From NCBI RefSeq assembly GCF_009914755.1, contig NC_060937.1: a DNA stretch of 64,000 nucleotides; one strand, 5' to 3'. The translations under genes were made by a program, and so were the position numbers. Source of the DNA: the human T2T-CHM13v2.0 reference genome, Homo sapiens. Positions 26,824 through 40,705 of the stretch are shown piece by piece. Within the stretch, counting starts at the first letter, position 1; every line of letters begins with the position of its first letter. A model generated the notes under the pieces. The model was not told the origin of the DNA. It searched no databases and worked only from the letters and a program-made list of their open reading frames with translations.

Positions 26824-26839
26824 ACTTTGTATGTCTGCA

Positions 26840-27185
26840 AGGGGACAGAGATGGGGGAGAAATTAAAATACGGACTGGGTATTAGCTGCTATAAGGATTT
26901 TTGTTAATTTTGTTAGTGTGATTATGTCATTGTGGATACATTAAAAACAGTGCTTTAATCTGTTAGCAAGAAAACATTTTACATGAGGTGATAAGACACC
27001 TGGGGCAGTGCTAAAATATTCCTGATAATGACAAAAGTGTGTGTGTGTGTGTGTGTGTAGAAAAAGCAAGATGGAAAAATGTGCACAATTACTGAAACTG
27101 AAGGATGAATATGTGGGTGTTCATGGTATTCTTCCTTGACTTCCTGCAAGTTAGAACATTTCCATAAAGTAACAAAAAGTTAAAA
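26840..27185 (+). mobile_element. Old L1M (L1ME-like) 3'-end fragment with (GT)11 at 27037-27058
   Basis: GATGAATATGTGGGTGTTCATGGTATTCTT...AACATTTCCATAAAGTAA resembles the L1ME 3' terminus. Confidence 0.6.
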
Positions 27186-27313
27186 TATATAATGTATGTA
27201 TGGAGTTCTGAAATTATAAATGGCTTCAAATACAGAAAAACTTCTTAAATTCCTCCATTGCCCAAGGAATAAATGTCCAGTGGTAAAAAATTCAGGGAGA
27301 TAGGCAAGGATGA

Positions 27314-27696
27314 TGTCTTCATCTATTTGTTCTGCTATAACAAAAATACCTGAGACTGGGTAATTTTAAAAGGACATAAATTTATTTCACATACTTCTGG
27401 AGGCTGGGAAGTCCAAGATCAAGCCACTGGCTTGTTTGGTGTCTTGCAAAGGCTGCTCTAAGCATCCACGATGGCGCCTTGTTGCTGAGTTCTCTGGAGA
27501 GGAGGAACCCTGTGTCCTCACATGGTGAAAGTCAAGAGAGCCAAATGCTGCACAAAGCCTCTTTCATAAGGGCCTTAATCCCATTCATGAGGGAGCACCC
27601 TTTTGACCAATCACCTCTTAAAGGTCCCACCTCTTAATGTTATCACTATCAGTTTAAATACCTGAATTTTTGAGGGGACACATTCAAACCACAGCA
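27314..27696 (-). mobile_element. MLT1A-type MaLR LTR
   Basis: GCTATAACAAAAATACCTGAGACTGGGTAAT...GGAGGCTGGGAAGTCCAAGATCAAG...CATTCAAACCACAGCA. Confidence 0.85.
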
Positions 27697-28899
27697 GAGA
27701 AGGACTCATGGGAGAAGAGACTGTCACCTGCCTGATTCAGACCCATGGTTTTCTGTTTGCCCAACCATCTACTTGGGACTCTACCTGAATTCATTCTTAT
27801 TGGCCAGGTCTTCACTTCTTGCCAGCAGCACAGCAGGAGGACAAAGCAGAGGGTCCCGTCTCCTTGGCTCACTGCTGTGCTCCCTCCAGCTGAGGGAGAA
27901 GGACCTTATAAAAGTCTTAAGTGTCCCAGCCTTGGTCTCCAGGACAGTGTGGAATGTCAGGACCTGTGACATCATGACCAGGAAGGGAGCTGCTGGCATC
28001 TTGCCTGGGCTGAGCAGAGTTTCTATCCAGTCTATGACTGGGTAGGAGGGAGGAGGTTGGTGGGAGTCTTAAGGTAACAGAGATCCTCTCTCCCATTGCT
28101 TTTTATGGTGACTTCCTCCATCCTGAGGACTCTGAAGACTGAAGGGGTAGACACTAATTAGAACTCTAAGTGCCAGTAGCCAAAAGCCAACAAAATCTGC
28201 TCCCATGGAAAGAGGTGTATTTGAAGGATGCTGGAGAGGTCATTGAGTTACAGAGCAAGTGCCAGAACCAACAGATCCAGAGGGTCTAATCACCTCTTAA
28301 AGGCCCCTTGAGGAACAGAGCCTTGAAGAACAGAGGCCCGTGGCCCCATGTCCCTTTCCACTCTCTCCCACCCTCAAAGTTCCAGGGTGGTGAAGAACAG
28401 GAGACAGATGACCCAGGTTTCAGCATCCTTTCCCTCAAACCTTCTTTCTCAGCATCAGTCCCAATCTCCCCTTGGCAGTGAGACTTTCATCACAAGAGGA
28501 GAACATGGCTGCATTTCCATGTTATCATCCTCCCAGCTTGATTTCCTAGACTTTCTAGAGCTTTCTTCATCAGCACAGTGACAAACCCCAAAGGAGTCAC
28601 TCTGGTTGACTCCCCTGGATCCTATCTCACCCCTGGACTGACTCCTATGTCCAGGGCTCAGAGTGGGGCACCTGGTTTAGACTGGGCCAGGAGTGGGGTC
28701 CCGGGTGAACAGCCCTCAAATCTCAGCTCCATGGTAGAGAGGGAGAAAGAAGTGGTCCTGAATGTACAACCGTGCCTCCTGAGACCAGGTCAGGACCCTA
28801 AGGATGGCTTGACCACCAGGGATCTTTGACCCTATTTTTTTATTGCTGATATGGGGGTTTGAAAAGACTTTCTCACTTTAAACATTATTTTTCACCTCG

Positions 28900-29950
28900 G
28901 AATTCTTGTTTGATTCAATTTCAATTAGCTGGGCTTTATGTTTTATTATTACATTTTCATTTCCCTTAAAATGAATGCATGGATATTATAATCTGTGACT
29001 TCACTGTGTATCATTCTAACAATGAAATGATTGGGAATGATACACTTGGCTCAGGCTGTCTTTTCCTCAGAATTTCTTAAAAATAATATTTTATTTTTTG
29101 GAGTAGTTTTAAGTTAACAGAAAAATTGAACAAAAAGTTTCCATATACCTCCTTATAAATTTTAGAGAAATACTGAATGTTGCTGTGGAGAAGTCTGAGG
29201 CCAATGTGATTACCGTTCTCTGCTGTGTGAGATTTACTTTGCTGTTTGAACACGTGAAGTATTATTTCCTTATCTTGAAGTTCAATAGCATAATTAGGAT
29301 TTATCTTGATGTTTTTATTCCCCATTAAGTTTCACAGAAAAAAAGGTATGTTTGATATGCAAATTTAAACTTTTAGTTTCAAGAACTTCTCTTATCTTAA
29401 TCTTTGCATGTACCATCAGGTATCTGTTTGGTTCTTGACTCAGGGACACTGGTTTTTCTTATATTGGACTTTCATTGTCTGTCTTCAATGTCTAATAGCT
29501 TTTCACTGACTAATGTTACTCCTTTGTCTTTTTCACTTCTATTCATTTTGTTTTTGTCCATGCAAGTCATTTAATTTCTAGAAATACCTATATTATTTCT
29601 TGTTTCTATTCTCTATTGTAATATTGTTAGATCCTCAATTTAATTATGCCCCTCTATATCAATTCTATTGTGTTTTGTTCATCTTTGGGCTTTTTTGTAA
29701 TGTGTCAGTTTTTCCATCCCATGAAGAATTGAGAGGACTTTCCTCTGTCTTTTGTATTGTGTTTCCTCTGTGTTGTTGTTTTGGTTGGCCTTTTGCCTGG
29801 TATTCTTTTTCTTTGATTGCTATTGTTTTAATAAGTTTGTGCTATTCCGTGTATTTCTTTTCACTTTGCTTGTATTTGGGCATGTCTCTCAGATGTTATT
29901 ATGATACACAGTGAATGACCATTTGGTCCTCTTCCAATCTTCTTTAAGTC
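28900..29950 (-). mobile_element. Ancient L1M/HAL1-like fragment with a short younger L1M 3' piece at ~29075-29152
   Basis: T-rich strand bias; ATGTTGCTGTGGAGAAGTCTGAGGCCA and TCCTTATCTTGAAGTTCAATA resemble antisense old L1 ORF1 region. Confidence 0.5.
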
Positions 29951-31294
29951 ATATTTGTTTTCTCCTCACATTCCTGTACCCTATTCTAAGCAAGAGTTTG
30001 AGGACTGGGTTGTGTAGGCTGCCTCATTTTCTATGGCCTAAAGAAATGGAGTTGGGGAAAGAGGGTGGAACAAAGAAGGTGCGGTAATAATGTCACATTT
30101 TTTGAATTTCTAAGTTCATAGAACAAATTTCTGCTCCCGAAAAACATGATAAGAAAAAATAGAGGTTTCAAACCACTGGGAGGAGATGAGATCATTAGAC
30201 CGTTCATCTTTATGTAACCAGACTCCTCAGTTAAAGGTCATTTTCAAAGCACACCTGCACTTGTTTTTTTCTTATGAAAATATCCTGTATATCCTTAATT
30301 TGGCAATATAAATGTGACCAATTGTTTTAAAAACAGAAGTGATGCTGGATATTAAAATGTAAACTGTTTTCTAAATGAAAAACTTAAAGGAATGTAATTA
30401 GAGAAGTATAAACAGTGGTTAATATGCTGCTTCTTGAAAAGACATATTACAACTTACAGTCTTTCTTCATAAGTGTATGTTGTTACTGTTTAATCAGGCG
30501 TGTGATTGTATTCAGCTGTTAAGCAATCCTATTAGCTGGGAAATTGCATTATTATTTGCTGGTCTGTTTATGTTATATTGTTGTTGGCACTCTAAGTTTC
30601 TCTTTTTTCTCCAAGCCTTTCTTACTCTGGTCTCTGTAATCTGTATAATTGTCTTTTTTAACTTTTATCTTTAGAAAATATTGAATAGAGATACTGGGAG
30701 TGATTAACTGTGTCAGAATCACAAAGTTCTAGTGCTTTTCAGATTAATCCTGGAGACATTATGTTGCTGTTTTAAAAGACAGAAGGACCTAGATCCATCA
30801 TGGAGTGCCACAGCAGGGTTGTGGCCAATGGTCCTTCCTGCCTAGGGAGAATCCACAAATGGTATCTAGGAAGACCTGCTGCTGACCAGACCAAGGCCAC
30901 TTCAGTGCATGACATCTTCTTGGACTCATCAACCTTGACCTCAATGGTCAGAGATCTCTCTACTAGTAATTCTAAGTGTTGGCAACAAAAATGAAGAGAG
31001 CAAAATAGGGAGTGCTCTCTATTCTGGGGAAGCAACAGTGGAAGATTTGCCTGAGTAAGAAAATCTCCTAAAAGTTTTCTGTGTCCATCTAAACATTCAT
31101 ACATTCATACATACTTCATTCCTTTGTTCATTCATTTATTTTCCTTGTCTTCTCATAGAATATGTTTTCTGAGATCAGGTTACTATGTTGCTGTTACAGG
31201 AAATCGGATTAATTTTAAATTTCTATATGCAATAAAACAAAAGCCTTTGACATCTCCCTTTTATTTTCAACAGTTAATGAGTTTAGAAGCTCAT

Positions 31295-31650
31295 TGATAC
31301 GGTTTGGCTGTGTCCCCACCAAAATCTCATATTGAATTCCCACGTGTTGTGGGAGGGACTCAGTGGGAGGTAATCGAATCATGGGGGCAGGTCTTTCCCA
31401 TGCTGTTCTTGTGGTAGTGAATAAGTCTCATGAGATCTAATGGTTTTATAAAGGGGCGTTTCCCTGCATGAGCTCTCTCTCTTTGCCTGTCACCAGCCAT
31501 GTAAGACAGGACTTGCTCCTCCTTGCCTTCCACCATCATTGTGAGGCCTCCCAAGCCACATGGAACTGTGAGTCCATTAAACCTCTTTTTGTGTATAAAT
31601 TACCCAGCTCTGGTATGTCTTTATCAGTAGCATGAAAATGGACTCATACA
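31295..31650 (+). mobile_element. THE1B-like MaLR solo LTR
   Basis: TGATACGGTTTGGCTGTGTCCCCACC...AAATGGACTCATACA; TSD CTCAT/CTCAG. Confidence 0.9.
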
Positions 31651-32380
31651 CTCAGTTTTAAAACAAGTTACATGAAGTTGCAGAGCTCTTTAAGAAAGCC
31701 ATGACTTGCCCAGACAAATCAGTACTAGTGTGTTAACTGAACTCAATTTGATTTTTCTGGGCTTTGCTTTGTATTGGCCCCTTCTTGTTAAATAAAAATA
31801 AGAAATTAAATAAAAATGTTAACAAATAGTTTTGACAAAACTGAATATAATACACAAAACATTGTGATGCAGCTTAAAATTTAAAAAGAAAAAAAGAACA
31901 GCTTCAAGAGAATTAAGTACTAATTAAGTACTAAGAGAGCAATCATCAGAGCTAGATACAAAACATCTAATATCTTTTGAGAAACATTCCTTATGTTACC
32001 CAATTCTTCCTTACACATCTTACTGGCTAATTGAGAAAGCAATGCATTAAAATCACATTGAAATGAATTAATATGATAACTGGAAGCAATGAGAGGTAAC
32101 TGAGACATAATTGCAAATGCAGAATTTTTTTCAATTTGAAATTGAACATTTAACAACCAATTTGGAATTTTCTATTTTTGAAAATCCAGTAGCTCTTGGA
32201 GTGAATAGACCAAATGACTCCATTTTAATAGGTCTCATCATTGATCTCTGCTTATGAAATTTGCTTCATTGCCTTTGTGTACCTGAGACTGAAATGCAGA
32301 GCTGTTCTGGAGCCTCCAGGTAGTCCAGGATTTCAGTGCAAACTTGTCTTACACAAAGAGGTCTGTAAAAATAATCTGGC

Positions 32381-32752
32381 TGCTATGATTTGAATGTCCT
32401 CTCCAAAACTCATGTTAAAGTTTAATTGTCTTTGTGATGGTATTAAGAGATGGGACCTTTAAGAGTTAATTAGGTCATGAGGGCTCTGCCTTCCTGAATA
32501 AGTTAATGCCATTATCATAGGAGTAAGTTTGTTATCTCGGGAATTCAGCCCCCTTTCTCTCTGTGTCTTGCACCTGCCTCACCATGTGATGCCTTCTGCC
32601 ATGTTAGGATGTAGCAAGAAGGCCCTCACCACCTGTGGCCGTACAGTCTTGGACCTTCCAGCCTACAGGACCCTGAGACACACAAATCTCTCTTCTTTAT
32701 AAATTACCTAGTCTATAGTATTCTATTACAGCAGCAAAAACAGACTAAGACA
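32381..32752 (+). mobile_element. MST/MLT1A-type MaLR solo LTR
   Basis: TGCTATGATTTGAATGTCC...CAGACTAAGACA; TSD CTGGC/CTGGT. Confidence 0.85.
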
Positions 32753-33018
32753 CTGGTCTTTTACTTTTGATTTTGTTTCTATTGATTTTTACTAGGTACA
32801 TCTAATTTCACCTCTTGAAGATGGCTGACATGGTCACTGAACTGAAGCTTTGTGGTGAAGAAACTATTAAGCAAATGGGGAGGAAGAGCCATACAATTTC
32901 ACTTTAGTGAGGAGCTAAGAACTAATTTTATTCCAAAATCAAACTCATGCCAAAAACGGGCCAATGCAATCATTTAGGGATAAAGAACCTAGAGTTTCAG
33001 GCATGAGTGGAAATGTGC

Positions 33019-33616
33019 TGAGGGGTCCAGAACATGCCACTCCAAAAAAACCCTCCTTGGCATAAGGATTGTTTTGAGCTGAAGGCAATTGAGAATCAAC
33101 AGATGCAGGAAAAATTCTCTACCCTTTCTTTTGTGCCTAAAAGCAATACATAAACTTGTCTTTGTGAAAATGACATGAGTTTTTCCCTCTCCTGAACCAG
33201 GATGAAGAGAGCTACCCTTATCACCACATATGGAGAGCCAGCACCAAGATGAGTCAGTATAAAAAGACCTTACTAAAATAACCCTTACTTTCAGTAGTTT
33301 CCTGATATATTTGCTAGTCACTTTCCCACAAGTTATCACCCCTAGAAGCCTAAAACCCCTCTCCTTTGTCTAGTCACTTCTTTAAAATTTATTGCCTTTT
33401 GTTAAAATGGTATGTAATCTCTTAAGCCTAACTGCTTCTTTGTTTTTTTTTATTTTTTTACTTCTTTTTTTTTATGAAGCCCTTGTGCACACAAAATTAA
33501 AAATATTAATACTATTTTTATGCCTTTTCTCCTGTTAATCTGACTTTTGTCAGTTTTGTTCACAGACTCCAGCCACTGATCAAAAGAGGGTGGAGGAAAT
33601 GTTTTCCAACCCTACA
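33019..33616 (+). mobile_element. MER34-like ERV1 LTR
   Basis: CAGAACATGCCACTCCAAAA...TTGGCATAAGGATTGTTTTGAGCTGAAGGCAATTGAGAA; ends CCCTACA. Confidence 0.7.
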
Positions 33617-34386
33617 ATGCACACTGTATCTCTGTGCAGCATACACCTCTGTACGACAATTTCCCTTGTTGTTTGCCTGAAGACACATGAGCTGCAACTC
33701 TGAATCGGGAAATAGAACTTCAATCACTTTCGTGGAGCAATTGGGGAATGAAACAACCTTGCATGCTCCTCTGAGGAGTATGCCATGAGAGCTCAGAGGC
33801 TACTATTATTGGCTGAACATTGGTGTCAAAATCTTGATTGATGTCCAAATGCTTCTGGTCTCATCCTAGACTTGTGAGGTGTGATCTCCATAGGTCTATT
33901 CCCATCCCTTTCCCCTCCACCACGCCTAGTCCCACATTCTTTTCTGCATGCAGTGTGCTCTGCTCTATTGATCACCTTAACCCAGCTGTGCGCACTCTTC
34001 CACTTGTCCTGAAAACAGCACACCCACGTAGCCTTCTTCGGTGATGTCTGGGCCATGTGTTGGTGTTGTGCACACTCTTATTATGATCATTTGAACTCTT
34101 ATAACACATTGTTTAACACATGTGAAAACGTAAGACAAACTTGCAGGTTTCAGTTATTTAAAGATAAACCACGATATAAATGTTCATATCTATTCAATAT
34201 ATTTAAGATAAGCACTTCAAATTCTCATTTAAATATCTTAGTCTTGCTTCATCTATAAAGTCATAACTTTATTAGTTAAAATGCTTATTTGGATAATTTC
34301 AGACTTTCAAAAAGGTTGTGAAAATTGTACAAAGATTTTCTAAATACTCTTCACTTAGATTCCTGAAATATTCCTACATTAGCATT

Positions 34387-34449
34387 CTCTCTCTCTCCTC
34401 TCCTCTCTGTCTCTCCTCTCCTCTCTTGTCTGTCCTCTCTCTCTCTCTC
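34387..34449. repeat. (CT)n-rich simple repeat
   Basis: Read directly. Confidence 0.85.
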
Positions 34450-34779
34450 AAGGTTCTACAATTACTGATCCTGACACTTAGGATGTGAGTTTAGGTAGAG
34501 ATTTGGGAAGTTCAAGATTGCTCATCATTTTATCTGGTAATGTCTTTTGCTCAAGTGACACCTTTTACTTCAACTGCTATTGTTTGCCTCACTAGTTTCA
34601 CTTGTGGGATTTTTCAAAAATGCATCATGATTGATAGAGTTAAAATTAATCTTTCTTGATGTAAAGCATATTGTGTTCATTGCTGTGGGCCTGCTATGTT
34701 TAGTATTGCAATGCCAGTGGGTTTATATCACCTACCAGTTTATCTTGTTATAACTCATCTGACTGCTTTATCTCTGTGA

Positions 34780-34990
34780 GGTAGCTGTTTAGAGCTTGGG
34801 TTCTGAAGTCAGATGATTTGAGTCTGACTCTTGGCTTTAGTTCCTGAATCCTGGACAAATACCTTCACCTCCCTGGGCCTTCCCTTCCACATCTTCCAGA
34901 TGTGCACATGGTAGTGCTTATCTCATAGGATTTTGTGTATGTGTGAGGATTGAGTCAGACAAATAGGAAGTGTTCAGTATGTTGTCCATT
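34780..34990 (+). mobile_element. MIR SINE
   Basis: TTAGAGCTTGGGTTCTGAAGTCAGA...CCTGGACAAAT...ATCTCATAGGATTTTGTG...GAGGATT. Confidence 0.6.
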
Positions 34991-35399
34991 GTTACATTAA
35001 TCTAAAAAGAACATTGGATAACATTTGAATATCTTCTGTGCCTAAAATGTCTATAGCCTTTCTCTTATTTATTTGTAATTCTCTGCTGTTTGAGTTTCTG
35101 ACAGGCTCTATATTTCTAAGCTTTTATTTAGTCTTGATTAATTTTAGTGAAGTTTTTCTTCAATTTAGTCAAAATAATGTATTTACCATAGGAAGTTAAT
35201 AGTTAAAGATAATTGTTATGTTTGATCTTTACGTAATTAAAACTTGAGAATTTTATCCTTTCAGTTCCTATGTAGGTTAGTTTTTCCTCAATATGGCTAA
35301 TGTGGGTGGTATCTTGGATTGAAATATCTTATTTCCTCAAGTGTACAATCCATTTTAAATAGCAATTTGTGTGGTTGGTAACCATTAACTTGATAGAAA

Positions 35400-36136
35400 C
35401 GTTAGGTCTGAATCTGTCTCTACAAAATTCATGTGTTTGGAACTTAATTTCCAGTGGGGTAGTGTATTAACTCATTTTCATAGTGCTATGAGGAAATACC
35501 CAAGACTGGGTAATTTATAAAGAAAAAGAGGTTTAATGGACTCACAGTTCCACATTGCTGGGGAGGCCTCACAATCATTGTGGAGTGTAAAGGAGGAGCA
35601 AAGGCACATCTTACATGGTGGCAGGCAAGCGAGCGTGTGGAGGGGAACTGCCCTTTATAAAACCAGCAGATCTCATGAGACTTATTCACTATCACGAGAA
35701 CAGCATGGGAAAAACTCAACCCTATGATTGAATTACCTCCCACCAGGTCCCTCCCATGACACGTGGGGATTATGGGAGCTAAAATTCAAGGCGAGATTTG
35801 GGTAGGGACACAGCAAAAACATATCTGGTAGTATTAAGAGGTGGGATCTTTAGGAGGTGATTAAGTCACGAGCATGGAGCTCTTAAGAATGGAATTAGTG
35901 ACCTTACAAAAGATGTGTGAGGGAGCTGTTTGCTGCTTCCACCTCTTCTGCCAGGTGAGGATGCAGCAACAGGAAAACATGTTGGAAGCAGAGAGAAGTC
36001 CTCACCAGACACTGAATCTGCCAAAACCTTGATCTTGAACTTCCCAGCCTCCAGAACTGTTCAAAATAAATTTCTGTTCTTTCTAAATTATCCAGTCTGT
36101 GGCATTCTGTTATAGCAGCAGGAATGGACTAAGACA
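35400..36136 (+). mobile_element. MLT1A0-like LTR interrupted by a THE1
   Basis: 5' part 35400-35462 resumes after 35831 (TATTAAGAGGTGGGATCTTTAGGAGGTGATTA) and ends GGACTAAGACA. Confidence 0.82.
35463..35826 (-). mobile_element. THE1 (THE1C-like) solo LTR nested in MLT1A0
   Basis: Perfect TSD GGTAG (35458-35462, 35827-35831); antisense THE1 termini. Confidence 0.9.
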
Positions 36137-36749
36137 ATTTTATTGAACATCTATCTAAAGAAATGCTACTTCCTTTACTCAAAAATAAAACATGAAGTTT
36201 CTGCGGGTCAGGAAGACCTCTTAGACCAAGTCATTGGTCTGACTATGAGATTCAACTTCCAGGATCCTTTTCTGAGTCTTGCTTCTCTCTCTCTGCTAAA
36301 TTTAAGCGCTCCTGTTCACCATGGAGTCACTATGTTTAAGTAGAGCCCTGCGGCTCTCACACTGCATGTCTGTTTGGATGCTCTTGGGGGCCTTGCAGGA
36401 GTTTTAATGTGGACTGATGTAGGCATGAGGATTCTCAGAGCCCCATGGTATGTTTGCCGTGCAGTGAAACTTGAGGACCACGGCCTACCCAACCTCTGAT
36501 TCTCTGCAGCAACCCCCAGGGTCACGTGGGGACCTGCAAAGTTTGTTCTAAAATTGAGGTGATGAGAGGGGGCTGAGTTCGGAGTGCTACCTCCTTCCAC
36601 ACCAGCTCTACACACTCATCTCCCCTCCACACTCACACTCCTCTGTGCAGTAGTGCAGGCTCCAAGAAATTCCCTTAGAAAGAACTCCTCTTAACTTTGC
36701 TCTATACAGCATTTCCAAACTTAATATCAAATTAGTTCTGTGGTAATAC

Positions 36750-37025
36750 GTGGGCTTATTTTATTAACACATTAAATAAGGATTAGTGGCTATTTCAAAA
36801 CACCTGCAACAGCTTAACATGTGAAATATATGGTTTCTGTTGGTGACAAAGGTACGGGTACCGTGGTTTGTTAGTTGCATTTATAATTAAAGGAAGAGCT
36901 AAATTTCAAATAAAAATTACTGAAAATAAACATGAGATTATTTTTTATCCCAAATTCACAGACCCCCTCCCAACCCCACCTTCCTGCCCCATGCTGCACT
37001 CTCTGTCCATGGGCCCTGGTTAGGG
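36750..37025. mobile_element. hAT-Charlie DNA transposon fragment
   Basis: CATTTATAATTAAAGGAAGAGCTAAATTTCA...TGAAAATAAA...CCAAATTCACAGACCCC resembles a Charlie subterminal region (from memory). Confidence 0.45.
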
Positions 37026-37644
37026 GAAACCCAAGTTGGAACAGGACTCAGGGCTTTTCTTTGACCTGGCTTTTTGCAAACACAAGAAATGCATGGGCTG
37101 GGCATGGCGCTGGTGTGAGAGCTGCACTTTCTGTAGTGACCTGAAGCCTGAATTCACCTCGACCTCCAGTTCCTCCTGCCTGGGAGCTGGTGAATGCCCG
37201 TTGGATCCATTGGAAGGGGTGAATCTCCCTCTTGGCTGTCTCTGTCCAGAGCTGTTCCTCAGGGACTTCCTTGCATTGGGCTCCTGCCAGTCTCAGGGAC
37301 TTCTCAGTCTCTCTGTTGATGGCCCATCAGAGCTCACTCCACTTGTGAAGGCTTTCTCCTGTCATCCTTCCTGGAAGCTCTTTGAATACCGACCACGGCT
37401 GAGCACTGCACTGCCTCCCTGCCCAGCTGCCACTGGGCTTGGATGATTTTCAACCTCAACATGAAAGGGAAACTTTCAGATGGCATCTGGGCTTTGCTAT
37501 TTCTGGTGTGGTGTCATTAAAAGCTGCCTCAGTCTAGCATCTGTGATTTCACTTTTTGATATAAAAAAGATATGAACTGTTAGTGCAATAGTGCAGAGAA
37601 TGATATCCAACTTTTATTTTATGTATATATTTTATTTGTGTCTC

Positions 37645-38137
37645 ATAAAGGGGTTCAGAACACAATAACCCAAAGCATGGCACTTTGACATTTGAGAAAA
37701 CAGCAGAAGCAGGAAGGTCTCTCTCATCTTACTCTGCCCTTCTACCCTAAAGCAGGTCATGAGACCCTCATTCAAGAAGTACACACCCTATACCCAAAGA
37801 AAAGAAACATTCTTATCTCTGAAGACACAGAGACACACAGAGAATAATCTGAACACACCAGTCTTACTAAGCCACCCTATGCCTCCCAGGTTACCACCGT
37901 TCGATCACGCTCCCTTTGTCCAGCCATACTTCCCCGAGACTGTCTACTCTTCATCAAACCTAGCATAAAAAACATGTTTCCCTATTTCTTTGGGTCTTTA
38001 TTTCTGAAGACTCCCATGTCACATACAAATTATATTAAATACACTTGTCTGCTTTCTTCTTCTTAATCTGTCTTATAGGAGCCTCAGGCATAAACTTAGC
38101 AAAGGGTGAGAAAATATGTATCTTTTTATTCCCTACA
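37645..38137 (+). mobile_element. MER39-like ERV1 LTR
   Basis: GGGGTTCAGAACAC...GCAGAAGCAGGAAGGTCTCTCT...AAGCAGGTCATGAGACCCTCATT; ends CCCTACA. Confidence 0.7.
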
Positions 38138-38688
38138 TTTGTATTTATGTTGAAATGCAAAGACAGGCAAAAATAGAGGGCTATACGAATTCAGCAGGAT
38201 TCTAAATTATTAACTTGGAAAGTACTTTCAAACTCTGGAGGAAAGTTTCTAATTACTTTTGGAAGGAAAGGCAGTATTATGTAAGAAAACCACATTTTCT
38301 ATCATGCATTACTAAACTAACTACGGAAGTCACATCCTTATGCCTTTTTGTAGCTAACATTGTTTCTGACCCCTAAGAACTGACTGAAGCAAACAGATCA
38401 AGTTGATTCAGTGTTAGGTAAATAGGAGGGTGGTGAGATTTTAAGATAAACTTACCAGAGCAAGAAAGGATCAGTGCTTCAAACAGGTGCAAAACAAGTA
38501 GGGGAAAGGTAGAATTAAGCACTCTTGTTTTCAAGTTACAAAATGTTCACATTTGTTTCTAATGTTTACTTAAACACTCTAATACCCTAAAAAATCGACA
38601 TCCTTGAATTTGAAGGTCAGTAAAATATAAATAACACAGTTACTGCTTTTTGGAATATCTCTGTGGATTCATTCAGCACTCTTGCTAT

Positions 38689-39014
<326 letters not shown>

Positions 39015-40286
39015 GCTCTTGCTATTTTATTTCTTTTATTGTTTTGCTAAGAATTTTAAAAATTTAAATGTTTACCATATAAAATATCTTACTGCCTTGG
39101 CATTTTTATACCATACATCTCAGAATATTATAATTTGTTAGTTTATCTTGTAAATTATCCCTTGTTATACAGAGAATCTGACCAACTCACCCATTCCCTG
39201 GTCCAGTTGCCATTTTATTTTCTCTAGGAGATTTCTCTTTGGAGAAATATCCTGGTAGCTGCCTGCATGATTGGCAAATTGAAGTTGGAATTTTTTATGG
39301 TCTGTATTAATTGATCTGATTCTTAGAAATTAATTCCCTTCCTAAGAAAAGTACCCTCTTCATTTCTGCTTTTTGCAAGGAGTCATTGGCATTTGTCCAA
39401 CAGTTAATGAGAAATTATTATATAATTACATTTAACTTTTTTCTCAATTCTTTCTGTGTTTGACATAATGTTGAAAAAGAAACTTGAATGGAAAATACAT
39501 CAATAAAATAAAAGCATATTGCAATTATATTCTGACCTTGGCTTTTCCCTCTATATTTCTCACAGGTTAATTATATTCTAAAGCATACCAAGCTCTTCGT
39601 GTTTGCTGCTGGAGTGACTGTGTGTTCCCTTGCCCTTAGATGAAGAAATGCTTTCAAAACCTCTGAAGATGCCTGAATGGTCTGAGGTTCTAATGGTTTA
39701 CATTTTCTTATCGTTCATATGGATAAAAATATGGCTGCATTCCAACTGTCAAGATACATTTGTGTGTTGCCTATAAAACTAGCTCTTCTGTTTAAATGAA
39801 GAGCAGATAAAAAGCATGTATGCAATTAGTCTAATCGGTTCAATGGCAAATTACAGAGCAAAGATTGTGGTAGGATAATCTTTCGGATTATTCATTCTGA
39901 GTTTAAAAATGTTTTGGCTTCTAACAGAAATCCTTTAATTATATGCTAAAGTGGTGATAACCTCATTACAATAGTTTTGCTTATTCCTCAAAGCATTTAT
40001 TAGTTTACTTCTTTAAAATTTGAAAGTGACTATAAAGTTAGGAAGTAAACATTTTTGAAAGGATCAATTAATGATTTAATAATTTGAATTGTTCTCCAAA
40101 GATTAGACATGGCAATTGAAAATAAATGTAGAAATCTCTTCCCTATGGTCATCAAAATTTTGACATGTATTCATATGCCTACTTATAAAGGAGATTGGCA
40201 GCACATAATTGATACCATCTAGCCTTTATTTACAGCAATCAAACATAAGACCTTGACAACATTAACATGCCCTGTGTGCATGTGTG

Positions 40287-40395
40287 CACATACTCATATA
40301 TACACACACTCATATATACACACCCACACATATAACACCCATACACACACATACATATACACACATATACACACAGATACATAAACACACACATA
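40287..40395. repeat. Degenerate (CA/TA)n repeat
   Basis: Read directly. Confidence 0.8.
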
Positions 40396-40519
40396 CTCTT
40401 CACAGTCTTTCTAGGTGAATCCCCCAATCTAAAATGGCCTCCCTCCACACACCCTGTTTGTTTGTATTATCTCTAGCTTGCCTTTGCTTTTTGTCATTGC
40501 CCAGGAGTGCCAAATGCAC

Positions 40520-40682
40520 CCAATTTCATCTTCATTTGTTTATGGGCTTGTCTATCTCCCCACTGGAACAGTGCCCAGGGGGGATAGTGGCTGTTTCTGA
40601 ATTGTTCACTGCTGTATCCTCAGTACCTAGATCAATGCACGGCTCACGATAGGTGCTAAGAATTTGTTCAGTGAATAAGTGA
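40520..40682 (+). mobile_element. L2 3' end
   Basis: TTGTTCACTGCTGTATCCTCAGTACCTAGA...TAGGTGCTAAGAATTTGTTCAGTGAATAA. Confidence 0.7.
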
Positions 40683-40705
40683 CTGTTCCCATTTGGACTT
40701 AAGCT

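Noticed and set aside
24433-26907. Domesticated retroviral protease/RT/RNase H gene
   Set aside because: Only short open fragments (up to ~190 aa) separated by stops, frameshifts and deletions, consistent with neutral decay.
39545-39720. Possible lncRNA exon after TTTCTCACAG
   Set aside because: Acceptor-like sequences are common; no clear donor and no transcript evidence from sequence alone.
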